This document shows positions 53,598 through 64,000 of a DNA stretch of 64,000 nucleotides, piece after piece. How positions within the stretch are numbered: position 1 is the first letter of the stretch; the number at the start of each line of letters is the position of its first letter. The notes beneath the pieces were generated by a model, which did not search any database, was not told where the DNA came from, and was given only the letters and a program-made list of their open reading frames with translations. Source of the DNA: Perna viridis. Taxonomy: Eukaryota. Position numbers and translations under genes: made by a program. Location of the stretch: NCBI GenBank assembly GCA_037379345.1, contig CM074514.1, positions 39,308,001 to 39,372,000 of the forward strand, written 5' to 3'.

Positions 53598-53993
53598 GTA
53601 GTACTCCAGCTAAGAATCATGCAAAATGTGATTCATGGGTAAAAAGCCTACATATTTTTATTTTTGATATTTTGTTTGAATAGCCATAGTAAACAGCAAT
53701 TTACATTCAGTTCTTCATATAACCCGTGTTCTTAGGAGATAAAAATTATATAGAATGCACTGTAGATTTCAAAATTAAGGGAGATAACTCTGTAAATGAC
53801 ACTCAAATACAATAGAATCTACTGGATTTTCAATGTTGATTATCTCCTAAAAACAGACAGATTTGAATGAATAATTACACATTTCATAATATAGACCCAA
53901 AAAACAACATAATTACAAAAACAAAAATATGTAGCCTTTTTTGGGGTGTATCACATTTTTCAGATTTTGCATGATTCTTACGAAGACTGTTAC
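53598..53993. mobile_element. MITE family B copy
   Basis: TTAA|GTAGTACTCCAGCTAAGAATCATGC...GTTAC|TTAA. Confidence 0.88.
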
Positions 53994-55121
53994 TTAAAAA
54001 AATAGCTGCTTTGAAGCTATGTTGGTAATGTGAAACAAGGAAAGTGTGATACACCTGGTGTATGTTTGTTGGAAGGCTTTGTATCAGGTATTTAAAATCA
54101 AACCCCCAAAAAAATGTGTCCATAAAACACAAATGCTCCCATCATCGCAAATATACTAAAGAACATACCATAGCAAACATTTCAAATAATCTGGTCAATA
54201 TATTATGTTCTATACTTTTACTGCATTTTAAAAGAGTCACTATACTATTGATATTTTTCCCTTTTTTTTTCAATTTACCAGTCAATTCAACAAAGGTCCC
54301 TTTTTCTGAATATTTTGGGGTGATAATAGTTATTTTTTTCATGAAAACAAGTTTGAAGTGTCATGTATAGGACTGTATATTCTCTAATTAAATGATATTA
54401 ATAATTTGTTTAAAATAAATTAAAAATCAGACAGACAAAAAAAAAGTAAACATTTTAATACCTTCTATATTCTAACATACACCCATTTAAAAAAATATGC
54501 AGTTCAAGTCCAGTCGCATTATTGGGACTGAACAGTTTTCAGTTCACATATAACTTGGCATGAGATGAACAGGTGCAGATTCATAGCGGACAGACACAGC
54601 AGATGCCCTCTAACATTTGAAGAAAAAACTTTTTTAGCATGAAATCTTGATTTTTCATTAATTCTCTTTTGCTCAGCATTTAATTCTATTTACAACCCCT
54701 AATATGCAGTCTTCATAACTAACTTTCCAGTTCACTGGCCCGAAATACATTTTTCAGAAATTTTTGTATATTGACTGTTGGACTATAGTAGCTAATTTTA
54801 CAGGCCCACCTCAATGTTGACAAGCCTTGGGCCTCCCAACTACTGTTTAACTGTGATGACTGAACATGAAATTTTAATCCTGACAACTAATTGGTAAAAG
54901 GTGATATATATTCTACTATATTATTAGAAATCAAAGAAAAAATACTGTAGTGTTTCAGAGTATTGTCTGTCAGTACATGTATATGGCAATAAACTAGTAT
55001 TCTTGTTCATGAATTACATACTGTAATAAAGCATTATGCACAATGAAGATTATTGCACTCATTTCTATAATAAAAGGTTTATAAAATTTGATAAGGATAA
55101 ATCCAACTACAAAAAAATTAA

Positions 55122-55517
55122 GTAGCACTCCAGTTAAGAATCATGCAAAATGTGATTCATGGGTGAAAAGCCTACATATTTTTATATTTGATATTTTGTT
55201 TGAAATGCCATAGTAAACATAAATTAACATTCAGTTTTCCATATAACCCATGTTCTTAAGAGATAAAAATTATATAGAATGTACTGTCGATTTCAAAATT
55301 AAGGGAGGTAACTCTGTAAATGACACTAAAATACAATAGAAACTATTGGATTTTCAAAGTGAATTGTTTCCTAAGAACATACAGATTGGAATAAATAATT
55401 ACACATTACATAATACAGACCCATTCAACAACTTAATTATAGAAATAAAAATATATAGCCTTTTATGGGGTGTTCTACATTTTACAGATTTTGCATGATT
55501 CTTACAAAGACTGCTAC
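55122..55517. mobile_element. MITE family B copy
   Basis: TTAA|GTAGCACTCCAGTTAAGAATCATGC...GCTAC|TTAA. Confidence 0.88.
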
Positions 55518-56013
55518 TTAAAAACAAATAAATGTTTGGCTCGTAGGTCTGAAAAATAAAATGACGAAGACTGTCGTTGATGTAATATGATTGTACTAAA
55601 TATTTGCATACTTGTATAAATATTGGCAACAAATTTTTGGCTATTCTGAAAAAAAAAGTGAAAACTGTCAATTCAGAAATTATTGCTATAAAAATGTGAC
55701 TGACTTATAGTGTGTACAATAATGATATTCATATTGTAAAGTTTGTTTTCCCTTGATTACTAGTAAATAACAATCACCTGACATACTTCTGGACACGTTA
55801 AGAAAGAGATCTTACCTTTATTTTATTAATAAAGAATATCTATAGAATTAAACTTTGGGAAGTTTGACTTACAATATCCCATGAACAAAATCATTGTTTG
55901 GGCTGTAAAATCACAATAATTATCATCTATATTGTTAAATTAAGATTTTCCTCAAAATTGTTAAAAAAGACAGGAAATAGTTAATTAACACAATAATTTC
56001 TGAATTTAAACTA

Positions 56014-56291
56014 CGTTGAAACCTGTTTGAACAGGACCAAAACCTGTCTAAACCAAACATTGAAAACCTGTCTAAACCAAACATTGAAAACCTGTCTAAA
56101 CTAGACACTTTTTACAATCCCTTTACATCAATTCTAATGTATTTTGAACCTTGGTACTGATTTTTTCAGGATTTGGTATAGACAGGTTATTGATTTTATC
56201 AGGGTTTAGTATAGACAGGTTATTGATTTTTATCAGGGTTTGGTAGACAGGTTATTGATTTTTCAGGGTTTGGTTTAGACATGTTTCACAG
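56014..56291. mobile_element. MITE family E copy with expanded internal repeats
   Basis: Tandem AAAACCTGTCTAAACC on the left, inverted GGTTTAGACAGG-like repeats on the right, TA flanks. Confidence 0.75.
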
Positions 56292-56676
56292 TATCAATAT
56301 TACATTATTGATGTTAAAATAAAAAAAAAACAACTGACATTTTTGAAGTAAAGAAAAAAAAGTAAATGGAGGATGCTTATACATCTCCTTTGAATTTCTC
56401 AGGCTTTGTAAAAATCAGGCAGTGAGTAAAAATTACTTTAAAGGTGTAATTTTACTACTGACATGCATGGTTAAGATTTTACAAGAATTTTCCTGATACT
56501 TCTGAAGACTTGTACAACTTAAGTTTATGTTAATATTAATACTGATATTTCAATTATGAAATAAAAGACAAAGTGAATTCACAACTAAAACAAATACATG
56601 ATGCCTGCTGTCCACAGAGAGCAGGTTCTTTGAACATGTTAGTACATTTAAAGACAATATGGGTGTCAGGAAATTA

Positions 56677-56882
56677 CCGTGAAAGTACTATAGTTCGTGG
56701 GGTACGAATTTTTGTGTTTTTCACCGGTAGTGAAAACCACAAAATTTGGTTCCTCACGAAAAGGGGATTTTCATTAATGTGTATACTGAAAACCTCAAAA
56801 CCACGAATTCAAGAATCAACAAACGTGTATTTCTTCCCTAATCCATGAAAATTAGTATCCATGAATTAAGGTATTTTCACAG
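56677..56882. mobile_element. MITE family F copy
   Basis: TA|CCGTGAAAGTACT ... GGTATTTTCACAG|TA. Confidence 0.72.
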
Positions 56883-57257
56883 TACATGGTACATGATATT
56901 TTTTTTCAGTAAAATGTGTGTGTATGAGTTTTTTGGTCAGTATTTTCCTCCACTTCTTCCAGATGAGACTGAATGTCTGTCTTAGGAAAGTATAACTTTT
57001 AACCATACACTTTTTATGCAAAGGACTAACCTATATACCTGTAAACATGATCCAAGGGGAGTAACCCCAACCCAGAAAATTAGAAAACATTGAAAAACCA
57101 CACTGAGCTTTCTTTTATGAAGACAAACTTCATACATATTTGAGTTACCATGAAAGTGTAGACAGACAGACAGATATGAAATTGCATTAAAGTTGCATCA
57201 ACGGTGCTCTGCTTTACTCCAGGTTCAGTTTAGCTAGGTTTTACTGTACATATTTAA

Positions 57258-57620
57258 GAGTAAGTTTTTGTAAGAATCAGGCAAAATGGGTAAAATCAGA
57301 AAACCAACCAAACTGACAATATGACTTCACTCAAGGATACTTTCTCTATTTGAAAAGACCATTATCTCTACATCTATATATTAGCTCAGAAATTTATTAA
57401 TAGAATGTTAGAAAAATGAGGTTTTTTACAGTTCTTTTGTCCATGAAACTTTCATTTTCAGTGTATTTCAATGAAATTATAACTAAAAATTATATGGAAA
57501 ATCTTGTTGTTTTTTTTTTATTATTATTCTAATGGTGCAAATAGTCAAATTAAACTTTTAAAATGATGGGTTTTTCATACCATGTGTCACCCACTGCCTG
57601 ACTCTTACAGAGACTCACAC
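57258..57620. mobile_element. TTAA-type MITE family D
   Basis: TGTAAGAATCAGGCA...TGCCTGACTCTTACA; interior is the reverse complement of 60547-60910. Confidence 0.8.
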
Positions 57621-57846
57621 TTCATAAATACATAAATTTTTATAGCATTACAGTGCATAAACTTCCTTTATAAACAAATAAGCACAAGCCAGGAAGCTAA
57701 AGGAAATACTTAGAAAAATATGATAAGAGAAGGGGGCAGACAGGGGGTATCTTTCTACTTTCTATCTCCTCATTTCTCCTTTCTACACCCCTCTCTCCCT
57801 TTACCCTGTCCATCCTTTCATAAGACTTGACAAAGTAGCTAAAGTA

Positions 57847-58013
57847 CAGTCAAATCGGTTAAAACTGAAACCTGTACATATGTACCATAAACCTGTGAAA
57901 ACCAGACCATGCACATAACTTTCAACATTTTTTTAACCTTGTGTAACCAAACACCTGGTAAACTGAAAACATACTTTAGTCCAAAGAAGGTTTGGTTTAG
58001 ATGGGTTTCACTT
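57847..58013. mobile_element. MITE family E-related copy
   Basis: TA|CAGTCAAATC...GGTTTAGATGGGTTTCACT. Confidence 0.6.
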
Positions 58014-58329
58014 TACTGAAGGTTTTTATGATAAAACAATAATTACATATCGTATTTAGAAAGGAAAAAAAAACAATAGTTTCTAGATTGATGCTATTGT
58101 GATACACAAAACAAAATCAAACAAAACATCGAAAATATGAAAAAAATGCTAATAAAAAAAAAAAAACCCACGAAAACAAACAATAAAACGGTTGCATTAC
58201 TAGGTTTTTAAGTTTTCATCACGACCAATGAAGCAGATTGTCATTATACACAAGACAATAATTGATGTAAGACATAAATATGCACAAGTTGTGGTGCTAG
58301 ATATTCTTAATTCATTCAAGTCCTATAAA

Positions 58330-58662
58330 ACAGGAGGAATATGTCAGATAGCAACCAATTTTGCTTACAAAATATGCTCATCTACATCGATATACCAGAT
58401 TTGAAATAAATCTGTCCAACAGCAACGGCGATTTTTGAGACAAAACTATCTCCATCATTCCATATAATGAAAAACAGCAAAGTCTAACAAAACTATATCT
58501 CCTACATTGACCAATATCCCCTACACCATATGCCTTATCTATATAAAGCCACCTACCATATTTGAAATAAATCTATCCATTGAAAGCCAAGAAAATTGTG
58601 ACCAACTTTTGACAGACAAAGTGATTCCAATATACCAACTACAAGTTGAGTGGGGGTATAAT
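58330..58662 (+). mobile_element. Helentron/HINE-like fragment with ~150-bp internal repeat
   Basis: Two copies of tacca.atttgaaataaatct.tcca, then gacagacaaagtgattccaatatacc...ggggtataat. Confidence 0.5.
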
Positions 58663-58968
58663 CTCAGACTCCTATCATACTTCTAAGAACTCTATAAATT
58701 TCCTTCATTTCCTGTTACCATATTTTCTTATTTCTAAAGAGCTATTACCTAATTTACCCCTTCTAATATATACATAGCACTCTAAATAAATAAATGACAT
58801 ATCAACTAAAACAAGAAAATTGTTCAAAATGGGTTTCTGAGTTGAACACAAATTTGAGTTACTTGTATACAATTAGGTTGTATATTACAGCTGGTCAAAC
58901 AATTATCTTCACATAATAGAGCTGGTCTTCCAATGATTAAGCTACCATTACCTGATGATATGTTTTAA

Positions 58969-59356
58969 GTACCATTCTGTGTAAGAATCAGGCAATTGAC
59001 GGCACATCATATTTCTCAATTTGGTCTTTTTTTCCTCAAATATATTCAATACATTTAGAAAACAACTCAACAGCTATTTAAATTTATCATGAAGCATCTG
59101 TAACATTGATATTTTTTGACTGCTCATATAAGGAAAAAGTGTAGGAAAATTTTCACACCATTTTTCCATAGTGCATTTCAAATAAATTTGACCTACTAAT
59201 ATTTTATGAAGGCACATTTAACAAACACTTTGATGGTTATTTCTGGAGGTTATCAAGTATAAATACTTGGTTAATGCAATAAAATCTCGGTGTTTTTTTT
59301 TCCTTTATGTGCCACACCTTATACACATTTTTCCTGATTCTTACATGGAGAAGTAC
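58969..59356. mobile_element. MITE family C copy in RAP1GDS1 3' UTR, nested in a family G palindrome
   Basis: TTAA|GTACCATTCTGTGTAAGAATCAGGCA ... CCTGATTCTTACATGGAGAAGTAC|TTAA. Confidence 0.87.
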
Positions 59357-59567
59357 TTAAGCAGTTATCTGTTCAATTGACAAGGAGATTAAAAACTTTC
59401 TATAAAACTTTCTATTGTTCTTTAAGTACTTAAATGTCTGCTATAAAATTTAAATCTCCTTGTAATGTTCTATAAAGGTAAACACACTCTTTTCACTGAA
59501 GTTAACTAATTCATTTGCTGTAATTTTCTCCTGGAAGTTCTTGTATGACATCATGGATCCTAATTCC

Positions 59568-59704
59568 TTATCTTTCAGTTGGCATGCCTTCAATAGCAGT
59601 AAGTACTGATTTAGCACTTTCTCGAACTTTTTCATCTTTATGCTCTTGTAAATTTTTTACTAGGTCAGACAGTCCTGAGCTCATAATTTCATCCCGTAAA
59701 TTTT
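59568..59704 (-). CDS. RAP1GDS1: RAP1GDS1/SmgGDS terminal coding exon
   Basis: Acceptor ttttccag, phase 1 matches the previous exon. Encodes ENLRDEIMSSGLSDLVKNLQEHKDEKVRESAKSVLTAIEGMPTER*, aligning to the recalled human ECLHKEVQDLAFLDVVSKLRSHENKSVAQQA. The rest of the gene lies beyond the window. Confidence 0.82.
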
Positions 59705-59932
59705 CTGGAAAATGAAAAAGACATGGTCAACTCCTGCATGTGAATGTTCTTTATATCTATGTGCATCCAATTTCATGTTTCACCAAAATCTCATTGGTTC
59801 CTAGATTTTAAAAAAAAATATTGAAAACTTTGAATATTTTCCTTTAAAATGAAATGTTTCACATATTCCTGTAACTGTAATAATACTGACAAATTGGCCA
59901 TGTAATTAATAGGAATCCATTTAAGGAATTAT

Positions 59933-60164
59933 CATACCTGTTAATCTTTGGAACAGTTTAGATGGGAGAATGACCCTCATTGACGCTATTTTATTTTAAA
60001 GGAATATTTCGATGTAAAAATTCAAATATATAGTATTTTTCACAAAAATATAGTTATTTCAATCCAAATCTTTCTGCAAATCTTGCATATTTTACGTGGG
60101 AGATTCAAAATTTTTCATTGATTTTGTTGGAGCCTCCCCATAATGTGGGTGGGTTAATGGTATG
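59933..60164. mobile_element. MITE family H (CATACCTGTTAA...TTAATGGTATG)
   Basis: TIR-like ends and GYGGGAGA repeats; related copies near 17201-17446 and 20835-20906. Confidence 0.55.
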
Positions 60165-60252
60165 AATGATGGTTATATTTTTTTCTGACTATAAAGAAAT
60201 AACATTAATTGGGTTATTTCAAAGCGTACACCTGATGCAATGAGGTTATCAA

Positions 60253-60465
60253 AGAGGTAGACCTAGGGTAAGGAGCATAACTCTTGAAATCAGTGATTTG
60301 ATTGTATCATATTCAATTTCACCATAGTCTATCAAGCTTTCCTCTGAAACAGAATGAAATTAGTTCCAAGTTACTTTGATGCTTACATGAGATTGATGTA
60401 AAATACTAAATACAAACGTTCCAATGATTTGTAAGAGTTGTGTCCCTTACCCTAGGTCTACTCCC
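60253..60465. mobile_element. MITE family A copy (RAP1GDS1 last intron)
   Basis: AGAGGTAGACCTAGGGTAAGG...CCTTACCCTAGGTCTACTCCC|TTAA. Confidence 0.87.
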
Positions 60466-60546
60466 TTAAAACAGACAGAAAAAATACAATAGTCATACCT
60501 TACAATTTTTGTACCAAAAATGTTGATGATGTCACAGACAAATTAA

Positions 60547-60910
60547 GTGCCAGTCTCTGTAAGAATCAGGCAGTGGGTGAAATGTTGTATGAAAAAAAAC
60601 CCACCATTTTGAAAGTGTAATTTGAGTAATTGCACCATCAGAAAAAGGAAGATTTCTGTATCATTTTGGTAAACTGAGTTATAATTTCATTGAAATGCAC
60701 TGAAAATATAAATTTCAAGGGCCAATAACTCTGTTAAAAACCTCATTTTTTTAACATTCTATTGAAATTTTTTTCTGAGCAAATCCAGTGACGCAGAGAT
60801 CAAATAATGGTCCTTTCGAATAAAGAAAGCATCCATGAGTGAAATTATATTGTCATGTCAGTGGGGTTTTTTACTTGCATGTTTCTGATTATTCCCGTTT
60901 TTTCCTGCAC
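60547..60910. mobile_element. MITE family D copy, inverted
   Basis: TTAA|GTGCCAGTCTCTGTAAGAATCAGGCA...CCTGCAC|TTAA. Confidence 0.8.
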
Positions 60911-62813
60911 TTAACAACATTGTCATTCTTAGCAATGCAATGAAAGATATATATCAAACAAAACATAACCATAATACACAAACTACATGAAAACAGAAAC
61001 AAGAAATTTCTCTCCACAGATACTCCTCAGCAGGGGTTTCATTATTTTTTTTCCAATGCAGGTACCTTTGGTTTTATAGGAGGTACTTTTCATCATTTTG
61101 TTGAATAAAAATGTATAAAATTTTAAAATTCTGGAGGTACCTTTCAGTAGTTTAGAAAGTTAAAAGTACCTGGTACCGCCTCTTAATGAAAGTTGCCAGA
61201 ATATCACCCATTTCATTCCAATGCTTTTAAAGCATCAAGACAATAACAATGCACTGACTTAACAAAAATTTTGATTTACAAATTCAGCTTGAACTGGTAA
61301 AAATCATGTGCAGTGGTGTCGCTCATTATCCCACAATTGTAAGTGTCATCAGGCATTTATTGATTTTATTCAGACATAATTATGAGGTCATTGAACAAAG
61401 TAGAAATGAGCAAAATTGGAAATAAATGTACAGTCCAAAAAGAGTCATAATGGTAAATCTGGATTTGAATTCCTCTATAACTCATCAAAGTCAGTGTTCT
61501 AGGATTTTTCAAAATTGAACGTTTCCATGGGAAGTTCTAAATGAAGATCAACTTTCCCAGACTTGAAGTTTGCTTTCCTAACTTCTTAAAAAATTCAAGC
61601 TTTCTACTTGCCAAAGGGAAAGTAGGGCATCATAATCACTTTCCCATACAAAAATTGCACTAGCCATGAGTGATGGGAATTTGGAATCATAGAACACCAG
61701 GGATGATTTTTATGAGGTCATAAAACAAAACAGAAATTGGTAAAATTGGAAATAAATACACAGTTAAAAAAAGAATTGTAACAGTAAAAGCTGGATTTCA
61801 ATTAGTAGAATTCCGCTAAAAAGCAAGAAAAAATCATCCCTGGATCCCTGAATCAGGTCTGTTATATGTTAAGTCAGTGCAGTGTTATTGCCTTTGTCAA
61901 AAGATTTTTTAGATATCTTTTTTTTTTTTAATCATTCAGAGATCAAAAGTAAGAAAAGATGGGATGCAAAAAAGGACAAGAGGATTGCCACAAACTTGTC
62001 GAGGGGGTATAGGCTAAAAAGACTTAAAAATCAGAATACATTTTAAGTGATCACAGCACAACAAAGTGAATAAGAAAAATAAAACAACAAAATAAAAAAA
62101 CAAAAAAACAACAAATACTGCACTTCTATAGATATTAACAATAACAAAAATTTAATTAACAACAATTCCTGGTCATCAGAAAAAGAACAGAAAGAGTTCA
62201 GATCTAAACATGCAATTGTTTACAACAATATTTCCTACTCTGCATGTCTGATAGAAGTCCAGTACAGACCAACAGACCACAAGGTATGAGCTGTGGCGAG
62301 GAAGGCGTGGCTAAAAAGCATTATTATACATGTACATGTAAAATAAAAACTTTAATACAGGATCTATTTTTTTCAAGATGGGACAGAATTAGAAAAAATT
62401 GTATGACTTTTTGTTAAGTTTAAAACTGTTAAGTGTTTTTTTTTCTGAAATATTGAAGAAGTATCACAGTTTCTTATGTTAAAAAAAATTAGTGAATTTG
62501 ATTCTTAAATTTAAGTCATTTTAAGTTAAGGCATCACAAAAATTCTGATTTTACAAAATCAAAGTTTTTTTGTTGTTGTTAAAACACAATACTGGAATTA
62601 TTACTATGGCTTGTTAATACCATTGAAGAAATGAACATTTGACTTTTAAAGTATTTTGAATAAACTAACTTTTTGCTGAAATCCATTGTCCTGAATTACT
62701 TAAACAAGAAAAATACCACCTTTTAGTATATGAACAGGAATTCGGGACAGAAATGAAGTGCAGTACCTTAACAAAACTTTGAGTTATCTCCCTTATACCA
62801 GTAATTTACCTAC

Positions 62814-62942
62814 CAGCTTCACAGACTGTTTTAGTGAGAGTAAGTGTATTACACAGTATTTCTGGAATGATGAGAGGATCTCCTAATAGATTAATGATTG
62901 TCTCAGCTAATTCTGCTTCCCTCAACTGTAGGGCCGCATCAG
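62814..62942 (-). CDS. RAP1GDS1: RAP1GDS1/SmgGDS (vimar) penultimate coding exon, armadillo-repeat region
   Basis: Minus-strand acceptor ttttaag, donor G|GTAGGT, phase 1/1. Encodes DAALQLREAELAETIINLLGDPLIIPEILCNTLTLTKTVCEA, aligning to the recalled human LESAKLVQILHRLLADERSAPEIKYNSMVL. Confidence 0.82.
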
Positions 62943-63759
62943 CTTAAAAAAAAACAAAAAAATTCAATATTGTAAATTGAAATTAAAAAAAAGATGTATA
63001 TTTCTAAAGAACTGTAATTTTGGAAATAACTGCAAAAAGGAAAACATATAATGTACTTACACAATTTAAATTTAGCATTACTAATGCGTGATTTTTCTCA
63101 ATGTTACAATTATATTTGAATCGAACAGAGTATTTCTTTATTTACAGTTTATCATTTGTTCATTACTGAAGACTCAAACTTGTTTTAAGTGACTTTCCAA
63201 TGGAGAGTAAAATCCTGGTCACATAAGGCAGGGGGTCTTTAGATACAGGTTAATATTACATATAATAGGGATATTAAAATTTAATATCATAGTACATGTA
63301 TACATAAAAAAAACTTGCAATCTATCAAATTCTACTGCATGAAGTCATACACAAGCCACAGAAGTATTTTAATTGATTTTAACCAAACCTGTTTTATGCT
63401 ACCTCTATTTTAAGAACCTTATCTGTAAAATCCTGAATTTTGTGTGATTTTAACGCAGGTACTATGGAGAGATTCACCCACATAGTGTAAATTGTAGTCA
63501 AAATTCATAGAAACTACCGATAACTCATACAGGTAAACACTTCTGTTTTACACTGCTGGCCTATATGTAGTTGTAACCTTTAAAACCAATAAAGGACGTT
63601 AGAGATTTCTTGATTTTTCTCTGCCACACATTTTAAAATAAAAGAAACTTAGTGAACATGCTCACATACCCCACATACCCACTTATTGGACACATTTCTT
63701 GTGTGTTACAGTATAGTATGCACATATTCAATCTACAACAATACATCCTTCCAAATAAT

Positions 63760-63965
63760 CCACTATAAACAGCTGAAAATAGTCCAAGTCCCATAACTCC
63801 TATAAAATTTGTCAATTCAAAATAGTGGTACAGCATGCACATCTTCACCTTATATCAAGAGACCTGTTTAAATATGGAAGAAATTGGTCAAGTGGTTTCA
63901 GAGGAGTTGCGCTTACAAGGTACTAATGAAGGATGGACACACCAGTCCTTTGTTACGTGGCGTTT
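63760..63965 (+). mobile_element. Helentron/HINE-like fragment
   Basis: ccataactcc...gcacatcttc...gtggtttcagaggagttgcgcttacaag...ggatggaca. Confidence 0.45.
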
Positions 63966-64000
63966 AATTACCTAATACAGTGGAAGCTATAATCGTCAAG

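Noticed and set aside
53884-55671. Similar ORFs 53884 and 55399 (KNHAKS.KC.TP.KRL)
   Set aside because: Both read into the end of MITE family B copies
59450-59635. 61-aa minus-strand ORF as a standalone gene
   Set aside because: It overlaps the RAP1GDS1 last exon in the wrong frame; the spliced frame ends at 59568

Overview
AT-rich animal genomic DNA, most likely a bivalve mollusc of oyster type (inferred from the repeat landscape, not established). The window has three zones. (1) 1-33.5 kb: a + strand ZMIZ1/ZMIZ2 (tonalli) ortholog. I could splice 14 conserved exons (13183-28725) in phase with GT-AG sites. A candidate short first coding exon (9915-9982) would give an 889-aa isoform without the N-terminal domain, and the inferred ~4.8-kb 3' UTR is rich in miR-92 seed sites. 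(2) 34-48.7 kb: a CpG-retaining zone holding an unrecognised multi-exon + strand gene or pseudogene (about 36660-46400). Its ~5-kb last exon is broken by frameshifts and encodes a tandem array of SxIP/SxLP (EB1-binding type) motifs. This zone also has a dead Penelope-like (Naiad-type) retroelement and a 1.3-kb foldback element. (3) 49-64 kb: the last two coding exons and probable long 3' UTR of a - strand RAP1GDS1/SmgGDS (vimar) ortholog. Many MITEs (several TTAA-flanked families), Helentron-like fragments and two minisatellites are scattered throughout. I recognised no RNA genes or CRISPR arrays. Exon coordinates were checked by hand for phase; repeat boundaries are approximate.
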